Below, in pieces: positions 48,275 to 61,342 of a stretch of 64,000 bases of DNA. Origin of the DNA: Mobula hypostoma (taxonomy: Eukaryota); contig NC_086097.1 in the NCBI RefSeq assembly GCF_963921235.1, positions 73,782,001 through 73,846,000 on the forward strand. Direction: 5' to 3'. Position numbers and translations under genes: made by a program. The notes beneath the pieces were generated by a model that did not search any database, was not told where the DNA came from, and saw nothing but the letters and a program-made list of their open reading frames with translations. Position 1 is the stretch's first letter; every line of letters starts with the position of its first letter.

Positions 48275-48830
48275 CCATTCTCATGTTTGTCCACAGCCTC
48301 CTCTATTGCCAGGTTGAAAATAGGCACAGATTAGAGGAATAGCGCCTCATATCTTCTTAGTAGTCTCCAACCTGATGGCATGAACATCAATTTCTCCAAC
48401 TTCCAGCCTCCTCTGTCCCTTTTGTTGTCCCCCTAACCCACTGACCCAATGCTCATCTACTTCAGCCCCACCCTCTCCATCTCTGCATCACCGCACATTT
48501 CTCCCTCTGGTTTCCGCCTCACCTACTTCCCTCTATTCCTCCCACTGACCTCTCCTATCAGATTCCATATCTTCTTCAACCTTTTGTCACTTCCATCTAT
48601 CACCTCCCAGCTTCTTGGGTCTCTTCCCCCCTCCCCCACCTGGCTATCACCCTCCTCACCTGGATCCAACTATCTCAGCCAGCTCTTGACCCAAATCATT
48701 CCCCCTCTACCTTTTTATACTGGCCATCTCTACTCTTTCTTTCCAGTTTTGAGGACGTCCCCACCTGAAATGTCGGCTGTCCACTCCCTCCACTGATTCT
48801 GCCTGACCAGTGGAGTTCCTCCAGCCTTTT
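48275..48830 (+). mobile_element. Old Penelope 3' fragment
   Basis: AGTCTCCAACCTGATGGCATGAACATCAATTTCTCCAACTTC ([14 protein letters not shown]), pyrimidine-rich UTR, decayed hammerhead. Confidence 0.75.
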
Positions 48831-49409
48831 ATTGTGAGACAGCTCATCACTGCCCTCCTAAAGGTAATAAAGGATGCAAAGGAAATGCTAGCTTTTCCTG
48901 TGACATCCAGATACCAAGAATAAATTTGAAAAGTTGTGCATATTAATTTTGCATCCTGTCATTGTAGGGCTCCTCTTCATGTTTCTCTGTTGCTATCAAT
49001 TCAACCTTGTTCCGGATTTATTTTCAAAACAGAATATTTAATTCTTTCCCCTATAAGGCTTTTCTTCAAAGATATTTGCATTTTATTTGTTTTTCCTTGG
49101 GTTCAGCTATAATAAATATGACTTTCCTTTGCATAATTAAGCTTAGTAAAACCCTCTCTGCAGCAGAAGCTATTTCCTGTGGTACAGTAAAGGAAACAGA
49201 GTATCTTGACTTAAGTAACCAGTGAAACAGAGTCACCATACTCCCATTCTCATCTCTCTAACCTGCACCCCCTGCATTGACCTAATGAAGCAGTTCACCT
49301 TCAAGAAACCACACTACATTTGCAGCAAGGCAAATTACAGCCTACCAGACCCAACATTCACTTCCATAATTCCAGTGAACAATTCAGTTATTATAATTAC
49401 AAAATCCAT

Positions 49410-50610
49410 GCATTTTGATAAGGTGATAAATCTATGATAAGGTGCCATATAAAAGACTTATCCATAAGTTAAGGAGGCGTAGAGTTGGGGGTAACGTATT
49501 AGCATGGACAGAGGATTGGTTAACCATTAGAAAGCAGAGAGTTGGAATAGATGGGTGTTTTTCTGGTTGGTGATGTGCCGCAGGAATTGGTGCTGGCCCC
49601 ACAACTTTTCATGATATACATTAACAATCTGGAAGAGGGGACCAAGTGTAGTGTATCTAAGTTTGCTGATGACACTAAATTGAGTGGAAAAGCAAATTGT
49701 GCACAGGATATGGAGATCCTGCAGAGAGATATACTGTAGATAGGTTAGGTGAGTGGGCAAGGGTCTGGCATATGGAGTGCAAAGTTGGTAAATGCAAGGT
49801 CATCCACTTTGGAAGGAAAAATGGAAGATCAATTATTTAAATTGTATTTAAATGATAAAAAAACTGCAGCATGCTGCTGTTCAGAAGGACTTGGGAGTGC
49901 TTGTGCATGAATCACAAAAGGTTGGTTTGCAGGTACAGCAGGTTATCAAGAAGGCAAATGGAATGCTGGCCTTCATTGCTAGAGGGATTGAATTTAAGAG
50001 CAGGGAGGTTATGCTGCAACTATACAGGGTACTGGCGAGGGCGCATCTGGAGTAATGCGTGCAGTTCTGGTCTCCTTACTTGAGGAAGGATATACTGGCT
50101 TTGGAGGTGGTGCAGAGGAGGTTCATCAGGTTGATTCCACAGCTGAGAGGGTAAGACTATGAGGAGAGATTGAGTCGCTTGGGACTATACGTGCTGGAAT
50201 TCAGAAGACTGAGAGGATATCTTATAGAAACATATAAAATTATGAAAGGGGTAGATAAGATAGAGGCAGGAAAGTTGTTTCCATTAGTAGGTGAGACTAG
50301 AACTAGGGGACATAGCCTCAAAAATTGGGGGAGTAGATTTAGAATAGAGATGAGGAGGAACTGCTTTTCCCAAAGAGTGGTGAATCTGTGGAATTCTCTG
50401 CCCAATGAAACAGTGGAGGCTACCTCAGTAAATATATTTAAGACAAGGTTGGATAGATTTTTGCATAGTAGGGGAATTAAGGGTTATGAGGAAAAGGCAG
50501 GTAGGTGGAGATGAGTCCATGGTCAGATCAGCCATGACCTTATTGAATGGTGGAGCAGGCTTGATGGGCCAGATGGCCGACTCCTGCTCCTATTTCTTAA
50601 GTTCTTATGC
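49410..50610 (+). mobile_element. CR1 3' part
   Basis: SKFADDTKL, KKANGMLAFIARGIEFK, RNCFSQRVVNLWNSLP; 3' tail. Confidence 0.9.
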
Positions 50611-51269
50611 ATACTTTTGTTTCTTCATTTGCCTCCCTCCATTAACCCTTATATCATTTCATGTCTCCAGCATTACACCCTATCAAGAACCTTCCCTGTA
50701 GGTATTTCCTCCACTTTTACCTTTCTCTGCATCAAAAATTTTGTCTGGCTCTATCACTTCCAACTTCTGCTGGAAGGTCATCAAACTGAAATGTCTACAA
50801 ATGCTGAAAAGTTACAGCATTTTCTGCCTCATGTCAAATGGAGGTGCCAAGCAATAAAATCTAAAAGACAAGAAAGTCTTAGGCAATTACGGCAGGCAAC
50901 ATTCAGAAATAATATTCAGACTTACGGTGCATACACACGCACACCCTTTCTAAAGCCCAGGTTCCAATGAAGATATTTACCAGTTTCAGAATTCACTGGT
51001 ACTTTAAGTGGAAGATGTTTTACAGAAATCTTAGATAACCAAGCAATGATCGGAGTCCCATAAGTCTAGGCAATCGAGCAATGATCAGAGTAAAATACAG
51101 TAGTTTATGTTTACAGTTAAATGTTACTTCTGCTTAGTTGCCTAGATCCAAAGACTACATCTTCAAAAACATATTATGTTAACATTAATGCGCAAGATGC
51201 ACTCAAACATCAAATATGCATTATTCCTCTGTTATAAGACAATTGAATCTCCCCCAGTACAATAAAAAA

Positions 51270-51388
51270 AGCTTAGAAAAATAGAGGGCTATGGGTAACC
51301 CTAAGTAATTTCTGAAGTAAGTGCATGTTCGGCACAGCATTGTGGGGCGAAGGGCCTGTATTGTGCTGTTGGTTTTCTATCTTTCTAA
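51270..51388 (+). mobile_element. CR1 3'-UTR stub
   Basis: Inverted near-copy of 55205-55325. Confidence 0.7.
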
Positions 51389-52199
51389 AATGGACTCTAG
51401 ACCTCACAATCTATTTCACCTTGCACCTTATCACCTACATGTATTGCACTTTCTCTGTAACTGTAACACAGTATTCTGACTGTTGTTTTACTCTGTGCTA
51501 TCTCAATCCATATTGGAATGAAATGATCTGTAAGGATGGCATGTAAAACAAAGTTTTTCACTGTAACTCAGTACTTGTAACAATAATAAAACAATTTTTA
51601 TCAATTTAACCATTAATCTGCCATTTAAACTGAAATTAAAGCCTGATTTGTGCCTTTACTTTAGAATAAAGGGTATAAAAACAAAGCCACAATAGAATTG
51701 AATGTCACACAGTAAAAGCAAAACGTGTTGCAAAAATGCCATTGAAACTATAATCTAATCTTTATAATTAGAATAATTTAGACTTTAGAACAGTCAATAG
51801 ATTGATTCAATCTCAAGAAAAATCTGTACATTTATCCATTTGAAAGCAGAAGAAACTGTGAATACCTAAGCAGTTTTCAGTGTCATTTTTTTCTAAATAA
51901 TCTAAGTTCCTCTTTGCATTATACTTCTGGATGGATGTGCGGTGAATTTTCAATCAGCTCTCTCAACTTTTGCACTTAGTGTAGTGGACATTTCCTGGAT
52001 ATTCTTGGACCAATAAACTAATAATGTGCTGCCAGATTGAAGGGTGTATCACACAACCCCGATATTTTAAATTATTTAAGCGTGAAACAAACTTAAAGCA
52101 AACTATATCAGCTGCTGGAAAATTAAGATAAAAACAGAAAGTGCTGGAAAATACACAGTGGGTCAAGGCAGTGTCTGTAAGAGAATTAACTGCGTTTCA

Positions 52200-53150
52200 A
52201 AGATTTCTCGTCAGCAGAGCCCCTCCACCTGCTGCTCGCTAGCTAATTGCTCTTCCAGTCGTTGGTGGCCGTGCCTAGTACACGCAATGGCAGGCAGAGC
52301 GGCTAGTAACATCTTATCAGTACTACCAGACGCTGCCAAAGTTCTGACACAACGACCTGCTCCTGCTGACACGGCCATTTACCACCATCACATCCAGCGA
52401 GATTTCTCTCTCTCCAAATGCCCACACACGATACAAAGTGACTCTTCCGGCACCGTCCCGCTGGGTCGGGGATAATTCACAACGTTGTTGCCCTGGAAAC
52501 AATTGAACACAGTATTAAAGCAAATGGCGTTCAGCTCTTGGAAACCAGGTACGGTGCAACTCTCTAATGCCTTCGAACAGCACCTTCGCGATGGACAGCC
52601 CGAGAGGCGCCTTTCGTCCCACAGGCAAGTTTCAAAATATTTCTCCACTGTCCGAGGCTTAGGCAGACGATGCGTGGGACATGCGGATGCAATGTTAACA
52701 AAGTCTATTTTTGAAGCAATTCAACGAATGTTCTGGGCTCTGATTTTAGGTGCAAGAACGGACGAGAGAGTTGAAGTTCGAGACTGGAAACGGCACGTAT
52801 CAATGGGTTGGGAAAGACTTCAAGAATGCACCAGCGGCAGCAAACAACTGAAGTCTGTGAAGATAGGTAGGAAACGCCGAGGCTTTGTTAGCACGACCCG
52901 ACCTGGCCGGCAAATGCAGTGATCACGAACAATTCTAATTAACAACAGAAACATTACATCATGGCCCAGTTTTTCTCGCTTCACCGGAGCTAGGGATCCT
53001 GTGGTCGCCCGGATTAATCTTCCTTGTCTTCGACAAACTTACATTATACTACACTCTTCCAGCAAGTAGATTACGAGCGACCAACACCTGGTCGGCAACC
53101 ACTCTTGAGGTCTTGTGAAAGATGACAGTTTGAACGTATTATTTAAAGTT
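52200..53150. promoter_or_regulatory. Orphan CpG island
   Basis: Roughly 50 CpGs in about 950 bp by manual count, against CpG-poor flanks; no recognisable repeat or protein. Confidence 0.5.
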
Positions 53151-53878
53151 TGAGCAACAGTGATACAAGTTGGGAGCAGTCCACGCTTCCACTAAATAGT
53201 TGACTACTACAATCGTGAAAGAGCAAGCATTTGATGTACTTTCTTATGAATAATAAAAGCAGAGGAATCATTGGATTACTTCTGTTGGAGAGATTTAGAG
53301 TTCAAGGTACTTGTGTAATTTTAGCTACTTTTGGGAAGTCTTTGGACTTGAATTCCACCCACCCCACTCCATAATTCCAGCATTTTTATATTTCCATGGA
53401 CAATTATCTGGAAGCACAGGACTCCTGTGTCAGAGTGAGCAAGTGCAAAGGCCCTGAATTTCTTCAAAAGTACTCAGCAGGTTTTGATGATTATTGTGTG
53501 TTATTGAACACTTCATGAAGTGCCAATTTCCTGAAGTTACCCAGCATCTACACCTGGCAGCCTGCCCATTGAACCCATGCCAGGTTAAAGCTGGCTCTGC
53601 TTCCGCAAGACAACGAACTTAATAGCAAAGAAACAGTTGCATGTTTCAGATAATGTATACTTTTTGGAATTAATTGGGATTTTAATTGTTTTTATGCTTT
53701 TTAGCATTCTGTAACATTGCTGGGGGAACCAGATAATGCAGCTGCACAGAAACCTTTCCCACTTGCAACTGACCCCACAACCAACACCATCAGTGTTAGT
53801 ATTTTTATGTCTAGAAGTTCAAATATTAAAATATTAATAGCTTGAATAACTTTAATAGTTTTTGGAGGTTGAGTCTTG

Positions 53879-54600
53879 TGTTATGTACCAGCAGCAATAA
53901 GTCACAAATTGAGTCAGGCTTTAATGTTAAAGCCACTATATTTATTAGTATCTACTCAAAATATAAAAAAATTAAATGAAATAAACAGAAGGTAACAGTA
54001 TTATGTGTGTGTGGCTCCCAAACTGTCAAGCTAAAGTCTTAAGATGGCAAGCTAGAAAGGTCCAGTAATCCACGGAATAAATGAGGGGAGAAACTTGTAA
54101 ATCCACATTAAAATGTAGAGAGGAGGCGATCACAAAGAATTCCACAGGTGCCACGCTGGGAAAATGAAGTAACAGTCGCCGAAGATCTTGTCCATTGAGT
54201 CGTCCCGAAATCCACGTAGAAATATCACAAGGTGACAGTCACAAAATATTCCTTGGCATACCCAAAATCATGTAAGGGTTAACAACAGTGGTCGCCACAG
54301 GATACTCCGACAAAATCCACGTATGGATCGTACGAAGTGACAGTCACACATCCAGTGTGCACTGGGTGCTGCTGATCAACCCAATTCTTCGGGCGTGGGA
54401 AAGTATCAGACCTTACCCATTGCTGCAGCAAGCTAATACCAGCAGCTTGCGGTCCAAAGCTTCCACATGCCCTCTCACTCTCCTCCTCCTCTGAAAGTCC
54501 CAGCGGTCTGTCGCAGCTTGTTATACTGACGTCATAGTCCCGCCTCATCCAGGCGTTTGAAAGTGACACCCACAGTAAACGAAACTATGGTCATATAACA
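53879..54600 (-). mobile_element. Solo LTR, 722 bp
   Basis: TGTTAT...ATAACA termini; 4-bp TSD CTTG on both sides; AATAAA on the minus strand near 53945. Confidence 0.8.
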
Positions 54601-55202
54601 CTTGAGCATCAGGTACATCAGAGACATTCACAAATGTTGAATTTGCTAATGGTTTTGGTAGCTAGGTCTGAATGCACAGCTTAGCAAACTGCAAAGACTT
54701 TTGTCACCATTTCTGTGGTTCCAGGCAAAAGATCTCAATCCATTTCCTGTCCATGACTGTCCATTTCCTTCCTCAGTTGCTACCAGAGTTCCTCCAGTAG
54801 TTTGTACATTGCTTCAGATTCCAGTATCTGCAGTCTCTTATGTGATGGGAGCTTGCTCCACCTATAGATACAGAAGGCTTGCTGAGCAGATTGGAGAATG
54901 ACTCCACTGGAATGTCCACTCAAGGAAACTGCGGTGCTTGTGTGAAGATGAGCATCAAATTTTGTCAGCTTAAATTTCTGCAAAACTCTGGCTGTTGCTT
55001 CCTCACACAGCGAAGTTTACCTCTTCAATAACTCTATATTTGAACCCATTCATTCAGCTTTCCACACTTAGTACTGAAGCCACGGGAAACTCCGTCCTCA
55101 TCTTTCTTTACCAGGCTGAAGCTTTTGCTGTAGCTGGCTACACCTTTGTAATCTAGAGCCTCTACTCCACTGCTCAACTTTGTCAGACTGTGCTCTAGAA
55201 AG

Positions 55203-56210
55203 ACTTAGAAACGTAGAAAACCTACAGCACAATACAGGCCCTTCGGCCAACAAAGCTGTGCCGAACATGTCCTTACCTGAGAAATTACCCAGGGTTACCC
55301 ATAGCCCTCTATTTTTCTGAGCTCCATATACTGTCCAGGAGTCTCTTAAAAGGCCCTTTTGTATCCCCCACCACCACCGTTGCCAGCAGCCCATTCCACA
55401 CACTCACCACTCTCTGCGTAAAAAAACTTAGCCCTGACATCTCCTCTGAACCTACTTCCAAGCACCTTAAAACTGTGCCCTCTTGTGCTAGCCATTTCAG
55501 CCCTGGGGAAAAGACCTCTGACTATCCACACAATCAATGCCTCTCATCATCTTATACACCTCTATCAGGTCACCTCTCATCTTCCATCACTCCAAGGAAA
55601 AATGGCCGAGTTCACTTAACCTGTTCTCATGAGGTATGTTCCCCAATCCAGGCAACATCCTTGTAAATATCCTGTGCACCATTTCTATGGTTTCCACATC
55701 CTTCCTATAGTGAGGCGACCAGAACTGAGCACAGTACTCCAAGTGGGTCAGACTAGGGTCCTATATAGTTGCAACATTACTTCTCAGCTCCTAAACTCAA
55801 TTCCACGTTTGATGAAGGCCAATGCACCATATGCCTTCTTAACCACAGAGTCTACTTGCACAGCAGCTTAGAGTGTCCGATGGACTCAGACCCCAAGATC
55901 CTTCTGATCCTCCACGCTGCCAAGGGTCTTACCATTAGTACTATATTCTATCATCATATGTGACCTACCAAAAATGAACCACCTCACACTTATCTGGGTT
56001 GAACTCCATCTGTCTCTTCTTAGCCCATTTTTGCATCCTATCAATGTCAAATTCTAACAGCCCTCCACACTATCCAGAACACCCAACCTTTGTGTCATCA
56101 GCAAATTTACTAACTCATCCCTCCACTTCTTCATCCAGGTCATTGATAAAAATCACAAAGAGTAGGGGTCCCAGAACAGATCCCTGAGGCACACCACTGG
56201 TCACCGACCT
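55203..56210 (-). mobile_element. CR1 3' part
   Basis: GTGCCTCAGGGATCTGTTCTGGGACCCCT and AAATTTGCTGATGACACAAAG on the minus strand; TRGHSFKV; 3' tail. Confidence 0.88.
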
Positions 56211-57221
56211 CTTACCTATCCATTTGGAGAAAGAGGATCACTGCAGCAGATTCCCTTCTCACTCCTGCACCAGAACCTCCATTGGATTTGCCTGATGATC
56301 CATCCTTCACCTCTACAGTTTCTCATCCAAATGTTGTCTTTCAGCTTCACCTGCCAAAAGTCAGTTTCCCCACACACTTTGCTGACACTCAGCTTCACAG
56401 CACCACCACCTCCCTTGACTTCTTCGTGATCTTACATACATCTCACCATTTGTCCTGCATGTGATCTTTTGCAAATTACTGTGAAGGCAAAATATGAATC
56501 CAAGTCACTGTTCCTGCTGTACATTCCAGTGGGTTGCAGGAGAGCAGTTCACTTCACCAGCAGCTTGGCAATAGATACCTGCACAAGATAATATAACTGA
56601 ATACTTGCTTCACTGGAGCCAGTCACAATCCCTCACTATTGGACAACCTACAGTGGTTCATTATTTGCATCTGACCAAGAAGTGCAAGGGGATTTTGCTA
56701 CATGGGTCATTGCCTCTCCACTCCATGATGGAGCTGCATAGTTTTAATGAAGGCATGTGCATTCTGCTGCAGTTGTCAACAAGACTACTGCATTCACAGA
56801 CCTTCATGCTTATTTTGATGAATCAAAAGCTGTGTACTTTATAACTTTCATCTTGAGTGAGGGGTCCATGTGACTCAGCTGTAGCAAGAGGCCAAATAAA
56901 GTTTCCAAGGAGAGGTCACCAAGGTGTTATAGGATTCAAGAGATCCCTGTACAGGGAACTTTGCCATTTGGCACTGCCTTAAGTGACACCACCAGTTTGT
57001 TCCTCCAGCCTTCTCACACCCTCAAACAAATCTCTCTTCTCTGCCTGGACACAGCTTGGTAATCTGACAGTCACGTCACTCCTTTCAAAGGTATATTCAT
57101 TTCCAGTGGCAGAGCATGAAACTGAGCTCACTGCAAATTATTTGCCATGGAATTGTTCTGTCAGTGATTTGCAATGTTTCCCAAAGCAATCAGAAGCTTT
57201 CCTCTCACCTCATTTTCCTTT

Positions 57222-57302
57222 AACATCACACAAAATGCTGGAGAAACTCAGCAGGTCAGGCAGCATCCATGGAGAGGTATAAAGAGCCAATGTTTTGGGC
57301 CA
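57222..57302 (-). mobile_element. Penelope 3'-end stub
   Basis: CACAAAATGCTGGAGAAACTCAGCAGGTCAGGCAGCATC...; similarity ends within the hammerhead region. Confidence 0.65.
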
Positions 57303-58014
57303 TCTTGAAAGAAGTTCTTTTTTTTTGCTGGGTGAGAGGTCAATACCAGGTCTTCCGATTACATTGTATAATCATTGTCTGAAGAGACTCATGCCAATGG
57401 CTATTTCTGCTCGTCACAACCCCTCCAATCTACAACATTGCTTTTCTTTCCCCACATACAGGCACTAGGTCCTCTCAGGCAGTAAGCCTCTGCCAAGAGA
57501 TTATTTGACTCGTGTAAGTCACTTCGTCTGAAGCATGCCACAAGCTTCTGTTATTTAAGACTGATCATACAGTATTTCAGATATAGAATTATACAAGAAC
57601 TCTTTACATCTGTAGATATGGAGATATGTTGATTAAGTAACTAGAAATAGAGAGTTAACTAATCAACAGTTTAGAATTACCACAAAGGCATTTTGACAAA
57701 ATGAACTACTTATCAGGAGAATATGCCCATTACCCCTATTAATCAGAAGTGTTTGAAAAATGTTACATTATTATCGTTTTTATATGAGATAAATCCATTC
57801 TAATTTGTCACAGTAATAATTTCCATCATTTTTAGAAACAACCCTTAATGGGCTGGAGCCTCTTGACAATTTTAATGTAGACTGGAATTTCAGTGGAAGA
57901 ATGCTGTCAGGATCAGCACTGTTAATGGAGCCTGGATCTAGCTCATGTGAATGCTTTATCCAATGCCATACTGGACCTAGCTCATGTAAATGCCACACTG
58001 CACTGGCTGGCTTA

Positions 58015-58262
58015 AAGGAGAACCTGAGGGGGAATTTCTTCACTCAGAGGGTGGTGAAGTGTGTCGAACAAACTGCCAGCAGAGGTCATGGATGCGTATT
58101 CAATTTCACTATTTTAGAGAAATTTGGATGAGTACATCAATGGGAGGGGGTAAGGAGTGCATTGGTCCAGGTGTGGATTGCTGGGACTGGGCAGATTAAT
58201 AGTTCAGCACAGATTAGATGGGCTGAAGGGCCTGTTTCCATGGCGTAGAGCTCTATGACTTA
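58015..58262 (+). mobile_element. CR1 3' fragment
   Basis: LRGNFFTQRVV; GGGCTGAAGGGCCTGTTTCC...CTCTATGACT tail. Confidence 0.8.
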
Positions 58263-60177
58263 TAACAAGCTATATTCATCCTAAAATAACAGTGCTCGGT
58301 ATGCTTCAGTAAAACAACTCAGATTAACCTTGTGGCATGTGACAATGAATTGAAGCTGTAGTGTTTCATAGCTGTCCCAGTCAATGTAATGTAATAATTT
58401 CAGGAAAATCTGCCAGATTCACTCACAAACCAAACCCCTGGCTCAGATACAGCTTTGGTTTGAAATTCAGAGTCTCCTACTGGTATTTTGATTGGCTGTG
58501 AATTAAAATAACTTTAAAAAGACTTCTGTGCAACATGAAAGACATCAGTTTAATCAAGTAACACTGCATTCTGGTGTACACCAGTAACATGGAGTTAATT
58601 GCATTTCGTGTTGCTTTTACTCAACCTGTCTGCAGATTAAATCAAAGTTCCCCTCACATCTCCTCTCACTGCTTAACTATTGGAAAGAACATGATACCCT
58701 TTGTAGGTTGCCTGCACTATCGGTTAATAAAGTTCGTGTATTTTCTTCGATTATTCGATTCTTGGATGGTCTTCGTAACTTACACATTTCCTTAACTGGC
58801 TTCTTTTATTACAGCAATTTTTCCTCTTTTCAGTAGCATTATCTGTGCACACATTCCTTCATGTGCCTCAAAATTCTCTATCATCCAAATCCTTGCCACA
58901 GCTGTTCAGTTACTTCTTCACCATTTGGGCACAGAAGACGCAAGGTCACATTAACTAGACAGCCCATCCCACTGACTTTAATCAAAAATGCAGCTTTTTG
59001 TCTTAGACAACAATATGTAGCCTTGAGAGTGATTTTTTTAGTTTTCTTATTCACCTCCTCATTCCCTCTGGAAAAAAGCTAACATATGATTGTTTTTATT
59101 TTCATCAAATTATGATTCAGTTTTAATATAATGTTTTTCTTTCCGGACAGAAGTGAAATCTGTTTTCCCTCAGGATTCCCTTTCTATATTACAGTCCTCC
59201 CTGGTTTATAGATGTCCATTTTAAAGACACTTCTGCATATAAACAAACTTCTCCAAATCCGTTCACATATAAGCTTCCCACAGTGAGCAGGCACCATTGT
59301 CTTTTAAGAACATAAGCTGCCAGTTTCACCATATGAGGCCACTTAAGGGAGTTGATTTGGAAATTGATAAACTATCATTTCTATTGATACTTGTCCAACT
59401 ATACTCTAATAAACAAAATAACATGCAATTGCATTTATAGAAGAATAGTGAGCATTCAATTTAAATACAGAAGTTTATTAAACTGTATTGATTTCCAACT
59501 TAATTTTCTCTTTTTCAATTCCTAACTTTCACCAGGTAACAATAAAGTGAACAGTTCGTTGTGTGCAAAATCCAAATCTGCCCATTTCACTCACAACACA
59601 ACTAACAGCCAGCTGCAAATGAATTGCAGATTAATTCACTTGGTGAAAAAGCCTCCTCAGTATCATCTGCACAGAAGGCATAATGTGAAGTACTGGTATG
59701 AAGAACCAAGGGTTGGTATGGGTAAGTGGCATGATATTACTATTTTTGTTAATTCCAAATATAGCAGAATTGGTATTGAGATGAGAAAATAACCTCGGGC
59801 ATCATCTGAAACAAAATGAACATTACTGTTAGCCTTATTCATGTAAATGCATTTGCCCCCTTTTGGCAATGGATGTTTGTACTAACTGTTCAAACAAATT
59901 TCTTGGTGGTTCTTACCATTGTTGGATGCAGTCTCTTCTGAGGTCAACAGTGCTGTCAATTCCCAGGTGGCAGGGATCCTCGACAATACTTCAGGCCCTT
60001 CATATACAAAGCTCCCAGATAAGCCTCTTCACCTCCTTGAAATGCCAGCTCATCTTTGTTATAGAAGAGGCCAAAGTTGATGATGCTGAGGTGGCAAATC
60101 AATGACTAACATTGACGAATGGCAGAGTAGTACCGAAGGACCGGATGGCCTGCTTCCGCTCCTAATCATTTCTCCCC

Positions 60178-60545
60178 CTACTACTACTACTGCTACATCA
60201 ACTCAGGCCTAGGGGGCCGGCATCAGGCACGATGATGGACTCTCCACTTCTCCTTCTCCCTCATCAATGTGTTCAGTTCATCTACATTAGCCGCACCACT
60301 GCCTTCTAGGAGCGTGTTGACCATAGTCTTGGGAGGGCGCCCTGGGTTCATCCTCCTGTGCTTGGGCTCCCATATGATGACTGGGCTGGCAGATAGCTCA
60401 AGGTGGCGTAGACAGTGCCCCGCTAGTTGCAGTCTTTTCGCCTCGATTTTAGTGGTGAGCATCGGTAGGTTGTTATAGAGCTCAACGTTCGTTATGTGCT
60501 GTTGCCAACTCACGTCCAGAGCCATCCGGAGCATTCGTGTACAGC
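60178..60545 (-). mobile_element. RTE-clade LINE 3' end
   Basis: TRMLRMALDVSWQQHITNVELY...RLQLAGHCLRH...GRP; (TAG)n tail. Confidence 0.75.
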
Positions 60546-61342
60546 TACCCACTACAATGATCCCCCTACAATGGGATCTAACTATTGGACCAAAAGGTGT
60601 GCAATGTCTTCTCTTGTTATCCTGTCTATTGGATGGGCCCTAATCATTGTCTATATAAGGCAACAAGGTGTGGCTGTTCTTTTATCTAATTCACAATATT
60701 TGCTGCTCAGAATCCAGGCTCTACCATGATATTAAGCATAGAGATAAATAAGAACAATATTTTACATCTGTCCAGAAATGCAACCCCGATCTAAACATGC
60801 TAATTTTCCCTTATATGTCTACTCAGGTTCATTTATCTGACATCTTACAATGTGTCTTGTGCTTCCCACAAAACAGTTGAGAAGATATGTATCATGCAGT
60901 TTTAAGAGCTGCCAGGAAAATGTTGCCATATACCACCAGAGCCATCTTGTTCAAATGTCACTCCAAAAGCAAAGTTTTCTCTATCTCCCTGTTTTCAATA
61001 TTAGGTTTGCTGATCATATCCTCCATGTTCTTTACAGTGCAGGTTCCTGGAGACATGGATGGGTCAAGTAAGGTCTTAGGAAAGGAGCACATACCTTCCC
61101 ATTCGATTGCTAAAAGTCTAATATAATGAGGAAAGTAACAATGGAAGTATAGTGATCCAGGTTAATGTCTAATGTCTTTGTTTTGAGCTTTTGGTTGCAC
61201 TTTAAATTCTGCTGTTTAATTTAAACTGCTAATATTACATATTCATCATTTACACAAATATTCCTCTCATGACAAGTGCCTCAGCATCCTTTTAGTTAAT
61301 CACACTTCCATTATTTAGCTAACCTCTTAATTTCTTTAATAC

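Noticed and set aside
51042..51091. 15-bp direct repeat AGCAATGATC(G/A)GAGT as a snoRNA or array
   Set aside because: Only two copies, with no C/D box pair or terminal stem evident
52485..52922. 145-aa ORF as a protein-coding gene
   Set aside because: Non-ATG start and no recognisable motif; kept only as part of the CpG-island finding
58775..59075. Exon-like segment on the minus strand (TTTTTTCCAG ... GTAAGT)
   Set aside because: The frames checked contain stops and show no recognisable homology; splice-like motifs alone are insufficient
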